A stretch of DNA of 64,000 bases, from positions 7,609 to 71,608 of the forward strand of contig CAMAUV010000012.1 in assembly GCA_945861415.1 (NCBI GenBank), read 5' to 3'. Shown piece after piece: positions 55,493-64,000 of the stretch. Numbering within the stretch: position 1 is the stretch's first letter; each line of letters opens with the position of its first letter. The position numbers and the translations under genes were made by a program. This stretch comes from Akkermansia muciniphila (GTDB lineage: Bacteria > Verrucomicrobiota > Verrucomicrobiia > Verrucomicrobiales > V1-33). Below the pieces are notes generated by a model. That model ran no database searches and was not told the origin of the DNA. It saw nothing but the letters and a program-made list of their open reading frames with translations.

Positions 55493-56716
55493 ATGACCTT
55501 CACATTCATGCGCCCGTTGCTTCTGCTTCTCCTGACCATTCTTTTCGCGCCCGCTGCGCCCGCCGGGCCCGCGCGCATCCTGCTTTGGCCTAGCGGAGCA
55601 CCAGAGGCCAAGGGGCAGACCGAGAACGACCAGCCGCGCCTCGAATACTACCCGGCGGCCAAAGCGCGCGCCAATGGAGCCGCGGTCATCGTTTGTCCCG
55701 GCGGCGGGTATGGAGCGCTGGCATCCGACCACGAGGGCCTTCAACCGGCCCTTTATTTTAACAGCATCGGGGTCACAGCCTACGTCCTCTTCTACCGGCT
55801 GGGCCCGCACGGGTATCACCACCCGGTGCAGCTCAATGATGCTAAGCGCGCGCTACGACTCGTGCGCAGCAGGGCAGGGGAGAACAGTATCGATCCTGCG
55901 CGCATTGGAACCATGGGATTCAGCGCCGGCGGACATCTCGCCGCCACTGCGGGCACCCTCTACGATGCCGGCGGTCCCACTGCTGCCGATCCGGTGGACC
56001 GCGTTTCCAGTCGACCGGATTTCATGGTGCTCTGCTATCCCGTCGCAAGTTTCGACCCCGCCATTACCCACAAAGGCAGTGTAAAGAATCTGCTCGCTGA
56101 TCGCGCGGACGACCCCACTTTGCGGGAGAAACTGTCGTCCGAGAAAAACGTGACCGCACAGACCCCGCCGGTTTTTCTCTTTCACACCACCGCCGACGCG
56201 TCCGTACCCGTGGAAAACAGCCTGCGCCTCTACGAAGCATTGAAGCGGGCGGGCGTGGCTACGGAACTGCACGCCTACCAGAACGGCCCGCACGGAGTCG
56301 GACTCATGCCCGGTGATCCCATCCTCGGCACATGGCCCGGCCTCCTCACCGCATGGCTGCGTAGCAACGAATTTCTTTCCGGCAAAGTCACCCGGGCCGC
56401 GGTGAAGGGCAGCATCACCATCAATGGCAAGCCGGTGACATGGGCCACAGTTTGCTTCAATCCGGCGGACCCGGCGCAACCCATCGTCACCGCACGGGCG
56501 CGAAACGGCAAATACAGCCTCAGCGCCAAAGACGGCCCGCCTATCGGTCCTACCACAGTGACCGTGACCCTCAGCGCGCAAGACTTGCCCGGAGTGGCCA
56601 CCGAAGATGGTTTCCTTACCACGATCGAACAAACACGCGGCAGCGGGGAGAAACTGGCGATCGCGTTGAAGGAGGGAGAGAATCCTGCCGACTTCGCCCT
56701 CGCATGGACGCCTTGA
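55493..56716 (+). CDS. secreted alpha/beta hydrolase (esterase) with C-terminal carboxypeptidase-regulatory-like beta domain
   Basis: Signal peptide 'MTFTFMRPLLLLLLTILFAPAAPAG', oxyanion-type 'VIVCPGGGY', nucleophile elbow 'GFSAGGHLA', and a tail 'VKGSITINGKPVTWATVCF'. Confidence 0.8.
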   Translation: MTFTFMRPLLLLLLTILFAPAAPAGPARILLWPSGAPEAKGQTENDQPRLEYYPAAKARANGAAVIVCPGGGYGALASDHEGLQPALYFNSIGVTAYVLFYRLGPHGYHHPVQLNDAKRALRLVRSRAGENSIDPARIGTMGFSAGGHLAATAGTLYDAGGPTAADPVDRVSSRPDFMVLCYPVASFDPAITHKGSVKNLLADRADDPTLREKLSSEKNVTAQTPPVFLFHTTADASVPVENSLRLYEALKRAGVATELHAYQNGPHGVGLMPGDPILGTWPGLLTAWLRSNEFLSGKVTRAAVKGSITINGKPVTWATVCFNPADPAQPIVTARARNGKYSLSAKDGPPIGPTTVTVTLSAQDLPGVATEDGFLTTIEQTRGSGEKLAIALKEGENPADFALAWTP

Positions 56717-56764
56717 TGCAAACTGGCCGCTTGCGATACCGTGTGCAGGCCACCGTGAGCCCTA

Positions 56765-57457
56765 CTATAGAGCTGCCTGCAACGGGCGCATTTCCTTATT
56801 CAGGACCTCGCTGCTGCTAAGCGTCCGGGAGAGTTCTGCGCGTATGAGTTCGCGCCAGCGTCCACGCAGCCGCATGACTGTGCTGCGAAGGGCGGTCTCG
56901 CTCAGTCTCAGCTGCGCCCCCACTGCCGCGTAGCCAGCCATTTCCCCGCCATCCGGGAACAACGCGTCAAAAATCTCCACTTTGCCGCCGCCGGCGCATT
57001 CCTCGGCCAGCCGCCGGCGCGTGCGGTCCATGACGTCCATGGCCCATACGTGTTCGAACACTCGCTCCGGCGAGGCGCCTTCCACGGACGAAGCCGCATA
57101 GCCCTCCTCGGCTGCGGCATTAAACGAGACGAGCGGCACACTGCCGCCGCGCCGTGCTGTTAAGATCTTCTATTTTATATCGCTCAAGTGATTGCGCATC
57201 CCCGCGAGTAGACGGGAGTGGAAGAGCCCCTCGGCCGGTTTCCACTTTTGCGATGGAGCGACGCACTAGGGGCGAAGCCATAAAGCCTTGCCCTGCACTT
57301 TCCACATCCTGCGGCATGCAGCCCAGCCCTAGGCACAGGCATGCAGTGGGCGCCAAACATCCCGGCAAAGCTGTTCCATCGCCACTTAGGCAAGTATCTC
57401 GTCGCCGCCAGCAGTGAAGAAAAGGCCCCATCGTGAGGTGAGAAATTCATTGGTCAT
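56765..57457 (-). pseudogene. frameshifted ECF-type sigma-70 family factor (PVC type)
   Basis: Three pieces lie in three frames. (1) From the ATG at 57457: 'MTNEFLTSRWGLFFTAGGDEILA' then TAA; the family N-terminus is F.TT.WS. (2) ORF 57120..57431: '...ALPGCLAPTA...DVESAGQGFMASPLVRRSIAKVETGRG...', region-2-like. (3) ORF 56765..57139: 'YAAVGAQLRLSETALRSTVMRLRGRWRELI', a region-4 helix-turn-helix. The total span of 231 codons fits the family length. Confidence 0.55.
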
Positions 57458-57631
57458 GGCGGTGATCATCCGCGATTTTCCTCATTTTGTCAGTGCGGAC
57501 AATCCAACTGAAAGTCGGAACGGAAAGAATTTGCCGCAATCCATTAATTTTATTCATATAAGGTATAAATATTGCTTGCCATTGGGAGGGGCTATTTATC
57601 GCTTCTTATCAGCAACCCAATCCCAAAACCT

Positions 57632-58975
57632 ATGCTATCCACCCGAATTCTCAGGTGGCCAGGACGACTGTCTTGCGCCGCTTTTCTTGCCCTACCTTCC
57701 ACTCTCATGGCTGCCGAGGCGCCTCCGCCGTTGGATACGGGAAACACCGCGTGGTTGCTAGCCTCCACAGCGCTCGTGCTATTTATGATGATCCCCGGCC
57801 TGGCCTTGTTTTACGCCGGCTTGGTGCGCGCAAAGAATGTGCTTTCTGTGCTCATGCAGTGTTTTGCGCTCACTGCAGTCCTCAGCCTTGTCTGGCTGGC
57901 GGGGGGCTACTCGCTGGCGTTCGCTGGCGAGGGCACTTTCATGGGAGACCTCAGCAAGGCCTTCCTGAATGGAATACGGCCTGATTCCTATCATGGAAAC
58001 AGCCAAGGCAGCGGTGTTCCGGAGCTCGTCTTTTTTGCCTATCAGATGACCTTCTTCGTCATTACGCCGGGACTGATCATCGGAGCAGTGGTAGAGCGCA
58101 TGAAGTTCACCGCGCTGCTGCTGTTCATGACACTGTGGAGCATCCTCGTCTACCTACCGGTCTGCTACATGGTGTGGTATAAGGGAGATTTCTTCGGGCT
58201 CACGGCCATTAAAAATGAAGCGGGAGAGGTCATCCGTGCTGGGGTCATTGACCATGCGGGCGGCATCGTTGTTCACATTACCGCGGGCATCGCCGCGCTG
58301 GTGGCCTGTATCATGGTGGGTCGGCGGAGTGACCACGGCAAAACCCCGCTCATGCCGCACAATCTGCCTATGACCGTCACCGGTGCAGCCATGCTGTGGG
58401 TGGGCTGGTTCGGGTTCAATGCCGGCAGCGGCCTTGCAGCCAATGGCGCGGCAGGCATGACGCTCATCGTAACGCACATTTCCGCCTGCACAGCGACGCT
58501 GGTGTGGATGGGCATTGAGTGGGTATTGCTCAAGCGGCCCACCGTCCTTGGCGCGGCTACAGGCAGCATTGCCGGCCTTGCAGCCATCACTCCTGCGGCA
58601 GGCAGCGTGGGACCTGTGGGAGCCATCATCATCGGCACCGTTTCCGCGACGGCGTGCTGGTATTTTTCTGTGAAGCTCAAGGCAAGGTTCAAATACGATG
58701 ACTCGCTGGACGTCTTTGGTGTTCACGGAGTGGGCGGATTTATCGGTACGGTCCTACTGGGATTACTCGCGCACGAGAAATTTGGCGGGCTGAACAACAC
58801 TGCGAGCCTTGGCGTGCAGCTCCAGGCGGCGCTCTATACTACGTTTTATTCCGCCGCCATCAGCGCAGCGCTGCTCTTTGCCATTAGCAAAACCATAGGC
58901 CTGCGCGTCAGCGAACAGTCAGAGCGTGAAGGCCTCGACCAGGCTGAGCACGGCGAAAATGCCTACAATCCCTAG
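57632..58975 (+). CDS. amt: ammonium transporter
   Basis: Start at the ATG at 57632 with a signal-like leader. 'LDTGNTAWLLASTALVLFMMIPGLALFYAGLVR', 'DHAGGIVVHITAG' and 'DVFGVHGVGGFIGTVLLG'. Confidence 0.9.
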   Translation: MLSTRILRWPGRLSCAAFLALPSTLMAAEAPPPLDTGNTAWLLASTALVLFMMIPGLALFYAGLVRAKNVLSVLMQCFALTAVLSLVWLAGGYSLAFAGEGTFMGDLSKAFLNGIRPDSYHGNSQGSGVPELVFFAYQMTFFVITPGLIIGAVVERMKFTALLLFMTLWSILVYLPVCYMVWYKGDFFGLTAIKNEAGEVIRAGVIDHAGGIVVHITAGIAALVACIMVGRRSDHGKTPLMPHNLPMTVTGAAMLWVGWFGFNAGSGLAANGAAGMTLIVTHISACTATLVWMGIEWVLLKRPTVLGAATGSIAGLAAITPAAGSVGPVGAIIIGTVSATACWYFSVKLKARFKYDDSLDVFGVHGVGGFIGTVLLGLLAHEKFGGLNNTASLGVQLQAALYTTFYSAAISAALLFAISKTIGLRVSEQSEREGLDQAEHGENAYNP

Positions 58976-59039
58976 CGCGTAAGCACTTCTCTCAGCGCCC
59001 GGAGTTGTCTCTTGCAGGCGGCTTCGGGCGTTCCCTTTT

Positions 59040-59435
59040 GTGCCTATGCCGGACGAACCCCTATCCGCCTGTCCTCCGGACAGCGAAAACGCCACCCCTG
59101 ACGCTTCAGCAACTCATCAGGTGCCGCTCGCTGAGCCGGATCGTGCCGACAAGGGGTGCTTCATCGGGCTGTTCGGAATCTTCGTTGGCGTTTTTATCAT
59201 GATCGCTGTGCTTGCCCGGGCGGGAGCGGTGCTCATTATCGCGGTGCTGGCGGCGTTTCTCCTAGCTATCCTGACCCCGATGATCAATCCCGCAGAGCGC
59301 CTGTCGGAAAAGGCCAAGTGGAGGGGCCGGGCGATCACCTTCGTCGTTCTCTGCGCTCTTCTCAGCGGTGGATTCCTCTACGTTTACTACCGGGCCAATC
59401 GGCCGCCAGTGGAGAACGCTGAGGCCTATGATTAG
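59040..59435 (+). CDS. hypothetical membrane protein
   Basis: Three hydrophobic helices ('CFIGLFGIFVGVFIMIAVLA', 'VLIIAVLAAFLLAIL', 'AITFVVLCALLSGGFLYVYY'). The start is uncertain (GTG 59040 or ATG 59046). Confidence 0.45.
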   Translation: MPMPDEPLSACPPDSENATPDASATHQVPLAEPDRADKGCFIGLFGIFVGVFIMIAVLARAGAVLIIAVLAAFLLAILTPMINPAERLSEKAKWRGRAITFVVLCALLSGGFLYVYYRANRPPVENAEAYD

Positions 59436-59511
59436 CGGACATGGCATTACCGTGACTTCGAGCCAATCCGTGCTGCGGCCCTTTGAATGCAATGAATCTG
59501 CGCTGACGGGG

Positions 59512-60828
59512 TCAGGCATAAAGGCTGGTGACCGGGGCGCCCTTGTCGGCTAGGGTGAACGGGCGCTTACTGGGGCTGTAGATTACTTCGTCGAGCGGGA
59601 GACCCAGACCATAGGCGATGGTTGCGTTGAAGTCCGGCGGGGTCATCTTGCCTTCCACCACGTCGGTGGCGTGTTCGTTGGTCTTGCCGTAGGCCATGCC
59701 GCCCCTGATGCCGCCGCCGGCCATGAAGCCGGAGAACGCTTTCGGGAAATGGTCGCGGCCGTCGTTTTCGTTGACGTAGGGCGTGCGTCCGAACTCCGTA
59801 GTGAGCACGACGAGCGTCTCATCAAGCAGACCACGGCGGTCGAGGTCCACAAGCAGGGCGCTAACGGCCTGGTCGAGGGTGGCGCTAAGGTTTTGCACGG
59901 CTTGGAAGTTGTTGCTGTGGGTGTCCCAGCCGCCGAGGGTGACTTCCACGTGACGGACGTCGTTTTCGATGAGGCGGCGGGCGAGCAGACAGCCTTGGCC
60001 GAAGCCGTTCTGACCGTATTCCTCGCGCACGGCGGCGTCTTCGAGATTCAAATTGAAGGCCTTAAGGTCCTCTGAACGCATGAGGCGGACAGCATCGTCA
60101 TACATGTCGCTGTAGGCGCGCACTTTCTTGGCGTCGTATTTGCTGTGGAAGGACTGATCGAACTTGTTGGCAAGCAGGAGGCGATCGTCGAACTCATTGC
60201 GGCCGCTGCGGGCCTTGCTGTTCGGCACACCATCGTTGGGGCTGCCGATGAAGAGAGGCGCATATTTGCTTTCCATGAAGCCGGCGCCGCCGCCATTGGC
60301 CCCGCCGCCGACGCAGACGCTGCCGGGGAGAGTGCGGTTGGTTTTGCCCTCCATGCGGAGCAGCCATGCGCCGATGCCCGGATGCTGAATGGTGCCGCGC
60401 ATGGTGTAACTGCTGTGCATGAAGTAGTTCCCCTGCTCGTGCGCGCCCTGCGTGGTCGTCAGGCCGCGGACGAGACACATCTTATCCATCTGCTTGGCGA
60501 TTTGCGGTAGGTATTCAGAAACTTGCACGCCATCCGCCACGGTGCTGATGGCTTTGACGGGTCCGGCCACTTTTTCGCCAGCTTCGGGCTTGGGGTCGAA
60601 AGTGTCCAAGTGGGTCATGCCTCCGGACATGTAGAGATAGATGATGTTGCGCGCCGTGGGTTTGCGACCGGGAGCGGTCGGGGCGGCAGAAGGCTTCTTG
60701 TCGGCGGCGAAGGCGACACCGGTCAGCATGGAGGGAATGACACTAACGCCCAGCAGCGTTTTGCTGGTGTAGTTCATAAAGCGCCGGCGGCTCAGCTCGT
60801 CAGTGTTACGTAGGAAGGAGTCGTTCAT
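59512..60828 (-). CDS. DUF1501 domain protein (sulfatase-fold, Tat-type leader)
   Basis: 'SRRRFMNYTSKTLLGV', 'IIYLYMSGGMTHLDTFDPKP', 'LGGWDTHSNN' and 'VLTTEFGRTPYVNENDGRDH'. Confidence 0.9.
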   Translation of the reverse strand: MNDSFLRNTDELSRRRFMNYTSKTLLGVSVIPSMLTGVAFAADKKPSAAPTAPGRKPTARNIIYLYMSGGMTHLDTFDPKPEAGEKVAGPVKAISTVADGVQVSEYLPQIAKQMDKMCLVRGLTTTQGAHEQGNYFMHSSYTMRGTIQHPGIGAWLLRMEGKTNRTLPGSVCVGGGANGGGAGFMESKYAPLFIGSPNDGVPNSKARSGRNEFDDRLLLANKFDQSFHSKYDAKKVRAYSDMYDDAVRLMRSEDLKAFNLNLEDAAVREEYGQNGFGQGCLLARRLIENDVRHVEVTLGGWDTHSNNFQAVQNLSATLDQAVSALLVDLDRRGLLDETLVVLTTEFGRTPYVNENDGRDHFPKAFSGFMAGGGIRGGMAYGKTNEHATDVVEGKMTPPDFNATIAYGLGLPLDEVIYSPSKRPFTLADKGAPVTSLYA

Positions 60829-60875
60829 AGGGGGAGAATGGGATTTGGCTTCGATATGGTAAAAGTGTGGATGAA

Positions 60876-62972
60876 TTACTGAATGAAAACGAATTCGCGA
60901 GTGTTGATGAGAGCCCAGATGACGTTCTTCCAGCCGTGCTTGCCGAACTCCTGGATGGTGTCCTTGACGATAGTGCGCTCGACATCGGAGGGCTTGCGGG
61001 CAAATAGGCTCATGAAGATGGCGTTGGTGCGGCCTTCGTCGTTGCTGGCGCCACTGAAGCGCTGCATGAGTTGGGTGTTTTCCATCATGAGCTTTTCAAA
61101 GGTCGGGCCGTTCATGAGGTTTAGCGCCTGACTGACGCTGGCTTCGGTGGTGGAGTTCTCAATAATCTCGCGGTTCGACTGGCCAAACTCGCGTAGGAAG
61201 TGCCCGTCGGGAGCTGGTGAGGGCAACGCGGAGGCACGGAAGAATTCATCCCCGAAGCCGTTCCACTGGCTGGCCGTGGCGGAGTCGATGAGCGGGGCTT
61301 CCTTCTTGTCCTTGTCCTTGTCCATCATGGAGCCCATGGGCTTGATGGTGGTGACAAATGCGCCTTTCACTCCTTCGACAGCCATTTTTAGCAGTTCTTC
61401 GCGGGCTTTGGCGCCAATGCTATCGCGTCCGCCGTTGGCGTCGTTGAGTTCCTTCTGGGCTGCGGCGACCGCTTTGTTATCCTTGGCATCCCGGGCCTTG
61501 TTTAGCTTTTCGCGGGCGATGGTGGCTTTGAGTTCGAACTGGAAGTCCTCGTCGGCATATTTGCGGGCGACGGCTACGATGTCGCTGGATTTCACTTTGC
61601 TCAAGTTTTCGGCTTCTTTGCGCATCTGCTCCAGCGCACCGCGGTAGGCTTGGCTAGGCTGACGTAGGTCCGGGCTGGGAATGACCAGAGTGGTGACGCT
61701 GTCCCAGATTTGCTCCGCCGTCATGCGGCGCAGCACGGGCCCGGGGAAGTAGTAGGGCTTGTCTTCGGTAACGTCGGTGGTGGTGACCTGGCGCTGGTAG
61801 GTGCGCGTGTTGTAGATGGCGCGCAGGACTTTTTTGAGGTCAAACTTTCCGGCCACGATCTGCTGGGACAGATACCTCATCAGCGCGGGATTTGAGGCAG
61901 AGGTATCGTCCTTGAAGTCATCCATCGGCTCAATGAGCCCCATGCCCATGACGCGCTTCCACAGGCGGTTGGCTATCACGGTGGAGAAGCGCGGGTTTTC
62001 AGGGCTAGTCATCCATGCGGCGTAAGCGGCGCGTTGCTCTTTTTGGGTCTTCACGCCCTTGTCGCGGTCTCCGAGGGCAATGGTGTGCGCTGCAACCGGC
62101 TCGCCGGGTTTGGCGTCATCGTATTTGTAGTCGTTTGGCAGATTGAGCTTCTTCTCGTTGTCGTCACTGACACCGGCGCGCATGGGCTCGGTGATGCCTT
62201 CGATGACGCGGCGCATGGACTGCCGCATGCGCTCTTTCTCGCCGCGGGCCCCGCCTTTGTTTTCGATACTGTCCTGCGCGGCCTTGATGTCTTTCATCAG
62301 TTCCGGGCTGGCGATGGCGTTCGTGTCCACGTTGAAGGTGAACGCGGCCATCTCGTAGTAGTCCTTCTGCGTCCATTTATCGAAGGGATGGTTGTGACAC
62401 TGGGCGCAGGCGAGGCGGGTGCCGAGGAAGATTTGCACCGTGTTGCCCATGTTATCGAGCGGCATCCCGGCGTCGCGAATGTAATAGCCGACCGCGCCGT
62501 TGTCCCAGATGTAACCTTCGGCGGTGACGAGTTCGCGAACGAATTGGTCGTAGGGCTTGTTGTTGCGAAGGGAGTCTTTGACCCAATGGGCGTAGGCCTG
62601 GCCGGCTTCGCGGTAGTCATTGCCGCCCATGTTGCTCTGCACGCGAAGGATATCCGCCCACCAGTTGTAGGAGTGGCTTACGTGGCCTTCGCTGTCGATG
62701 AGCTTGTCGATGAGCTTGCCCCGCTTGCCGGCTTCGGTGGAGTCGAGAAATTCCCGCGCCTCATCCATGCTGGGAATACGGCCGATGATGTCGAGGTGGG
62801 CCCGGCGCACGAACCCCTCGTCTGTGGTTGGAGCATTAGGGGTGATTTTGTGAGCTTTGTAGCCCTCCTCCACGAGGGCGTCTATTTTCTGGCTGATTTC
62901 GTTGGCATGCACAATTGGCACGGCGGCGGCGGCGATGGCCGTGACGGCAGGCAGAATGAGGCGAAGTTGCAT
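60876..62972 (-). CDS. DUF1549/DUF1553 domain protein
   Basis: Start at the ATG at 62972 (MQLRLILPAVTAIAAAAVPIVHA). 'FVRRAHLDIIGRIPSMDEAREFL' (DUF1549) and 'RLACAQCHNHPFDKWTQKDYYEMAAF' (DUF1553). It lies directly upstream of the DUF1501 gene, the usual PVC pairing. Confidence 0.9.
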   Translation of the reverse strand: MQLRLILPAVTAIAAAAVPIVHANEISQKIDALVEEGYKAHKITPNAPTTDEGFVRRAHLDIIGRIPSMDEAREFLDSTEAGKRGKLIDKLIDSEGHVSHSYNWWADILRVQSNMGGNDYREAGQAYAHWVKDSLRNNKPYDQFVRELVTAEGYIWDNGAVGYYIRDAGMPLDNMGNTVQIFLGTRLACAQCHNHPFDKWTQKDYYEMAAFTFNVDTNAIASPELMKDIKAAQDSIENKGGARGEKERMRQSMRRVIEGITEPMRAGVSDDNEKKLNLPNDYKYDDAKPGEPVAAHTIALGDRDKGVKTQKEQRAAYAAWMTSPENPRFSTVIANRLWKRVMGMGLIEPMDDFKDDTSASNPALMRYLSQQIVAGKFDLKKVLRAIYNTRTYQRQVTTTDVTEDKPYYFPGPVLRRMTAEQIWDSVTTLVIPSPDLRQPSQAYRGALEQMRKEAENLSKVKSSDIVAVARKYADEDFQFELKATIAREKLNKARDAKDNKAVAAAQKELNDANGGRDSIGAKAREELLKMAVEGVKGAFVTTIKPMGSMMDKDKDKKEAPLIDSATASQWNGFGDEFFRASALPSPAPDGHFLREFGQSNREIIENSTTEASVSQALNLMNGPTFEKLMMENTQLMQRFSGASNDEGRTNAIFMSLFARKPSDVERTIVKDTIQEFGKHGWKNVIWALINTREFVFIQ

Positions 62973-63178
62973 GTGTTTTTTGGGAGCGCGCGAAATTTTT
63001 AAAATTTGCACTAGAAGCCCTTAAATAAGCGACATGCCCGGACGTGGGCAAGCTCTTTCTTCTCGGGGAAACCCCTACTTGTAGCGGGGGAACCGCTTTC
63101 CCGGGCAGCCGGGGAAACTTCCGTTGCCGACAATTTCTAACATCCCGCTTTCCCCTGCATTCCTTGCGTTTTTTAAGT

Positions 63179-63254
<76 letters not shown>

Positions 63255-63368
63255 ATGTGCGCGAAGTTGCGGACACAGGTGGTGATAATGGCCGGACCAA
63301 GCTTTGCAAATGGATTTTTCCCGGCTGCTGACGCTGCCCGCCCGCAGGTTTCCCAAATGTATCGATCT

Positions 63369-64000
63369 TCACAGAAACCTGCCCAGCAGCGGAAGGAGGC
63401 GACCGATGGTGTCGGCGGGCCATAGTTCGCGGTCCGTGACCAGAGCGCGGTCCAAGGCGCTGTGTTCCGGCCAGTCCGGGACGGCGGGAATGAGCGTAAT
63501 GGCGGCGGCGATCACAGCCTTCGCGGCGGCGGCATTGGCGGCGAGGTGGCCCATCACGGTATGGGCGTTCACCGGTTCTTCCTCCTCCTTCCAGCAGTCG
63601 TAGTCTGTGATCATCGCAAGGGTGGCGAGACTGATTTCCGCTTCGCGAGCGAGCTTGGCCTCAGGTAGATTAGTCATGCCGATGACATCGAATCCCAACT
63701 TGCGGTTGGCCAGACTTTCCGAGCGCGTTGAGAACGCAGGGCCGTCCATGTTCACATAGGTGCCGTGGCTGTGCACCCGGCGTTCCTGTTTCTGACACAC
63801 TTCGTGAAGAATGGCGTGTAGTCCGGCGCTGACCGGATGACTAAAGCCTACGTGGGCGACGATGCCGCCGCCGAAGAACGTATGGCGCTCCCGTTGGCTG
63901 GTGCGGTCAAAAAATTGATCCGGCAGCACGATGTCGCGCGGGGCATATTCCTCGCGTAAGCTGCCTACTGCTGTGACGCAAATGATCCAGCGCACGCCTA
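63369..64000 (-). CDS. mtnP: S-methyl-5'-thioadenosine phosphorylase, N-terminus outside the window
   Basis: 'AVGSLREEY', 'GTYVNMDGPAFSTRSES', 'DVIGMTNLPEAKLAREAEI' and 'ITDYDCW'. The ORF is open to the right window edge, and about 85 N-terminal residues are missing. Confidence 0.85.
   Translation of the reverse strand, partial: GVRWIICVTAVGSLREEYAPRDIVLPDQFFDRTSQRERHTFFGGGIVAHVGFSHPVSAGLHAILHEVCQKQERRVHSHGTYVNMDGPAFSTRSESLANRKLGFDVIGMTNLPEAKLAREAEISLATLAMITDYDCWKEEEEPVNAHTVMGHLAANAAAAKAVIAAAITLIPAVPDWPEHSALDRALVTDRELWPADTIGRLLPLLGRFL

Noticed and set aside
57451-57631. Sigma-54 (-24/-12) promoter or NtrC/NtcA-type sites upstream of amt.
   Set aside because: I found no TGGCAC-N5-TTGC-like element or TGCACC/GGTGCA palindrome. 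There is only a generic AT-rich stretch (TATAAAT), which is insufficient for a call.

Overview
GC-rich chromosomal segment. Hand counts of single 60-nt lines mostly give about 55-67% GC, with a few AT-richer islets. The gene content suggests a Verrucomicrobiota/PVC-type genome (inference): a DUF1501 + DUF1549/DUF1553 pair, a PEP-CTERM protein, a CotH/lamin-tail giant protein, a 1,444-aa GspK-like protein of the 'Verru_Chthon cassette protein A' type, a Tat-signal sugar-phosphate isomerase and a Gfo/Idh/MocA oxidoreductase. I support about 35 protein genes, one tRNA-Lys(CTT), three probable pseudogenes, a few short repeats and three candidate terminators. Housekeeping genes include hppA, thyA, cdd, mnmG, an Fpg/Nei glycosylase, tcdA, a MoeB-like E1 enzyme, carboxynorspermidine dehydrogenase, amt, bpt and mtnP (cut by the right edge). 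I saw no transposase, integrase, prophage, CRISPR array, rRNA or recognisable defence system. There is no clean multi-gene novel system. The most unusual content is a set of very large PVC-type secreted proteins: (1) a 3,555-aa polypeptide combining three phosphoesterase families with two duplicated beta-propeller-like modules, followed by a PEP-CTERM gene; (2) an orphan giant pseudopilin-like protein with an internal low-GC patch; (3) a CotH/LTD giant that shares a C-terminal module with (1). Also notable are a three-module glycosyltransferase pair including a GT25-GT14-like fusion, three decayed genes (HNH endonuclease in a low-GC islet, ECF-type sigma factor, ABC-F fragment), an 11-bp tandem repeat abutting the carboxynorspermidine dehydrogenase start codon, and a double palindromic box in front of a His/Glu-rich barrel-like protein. 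All family calls come from motif recognition by eye, not from database searches.
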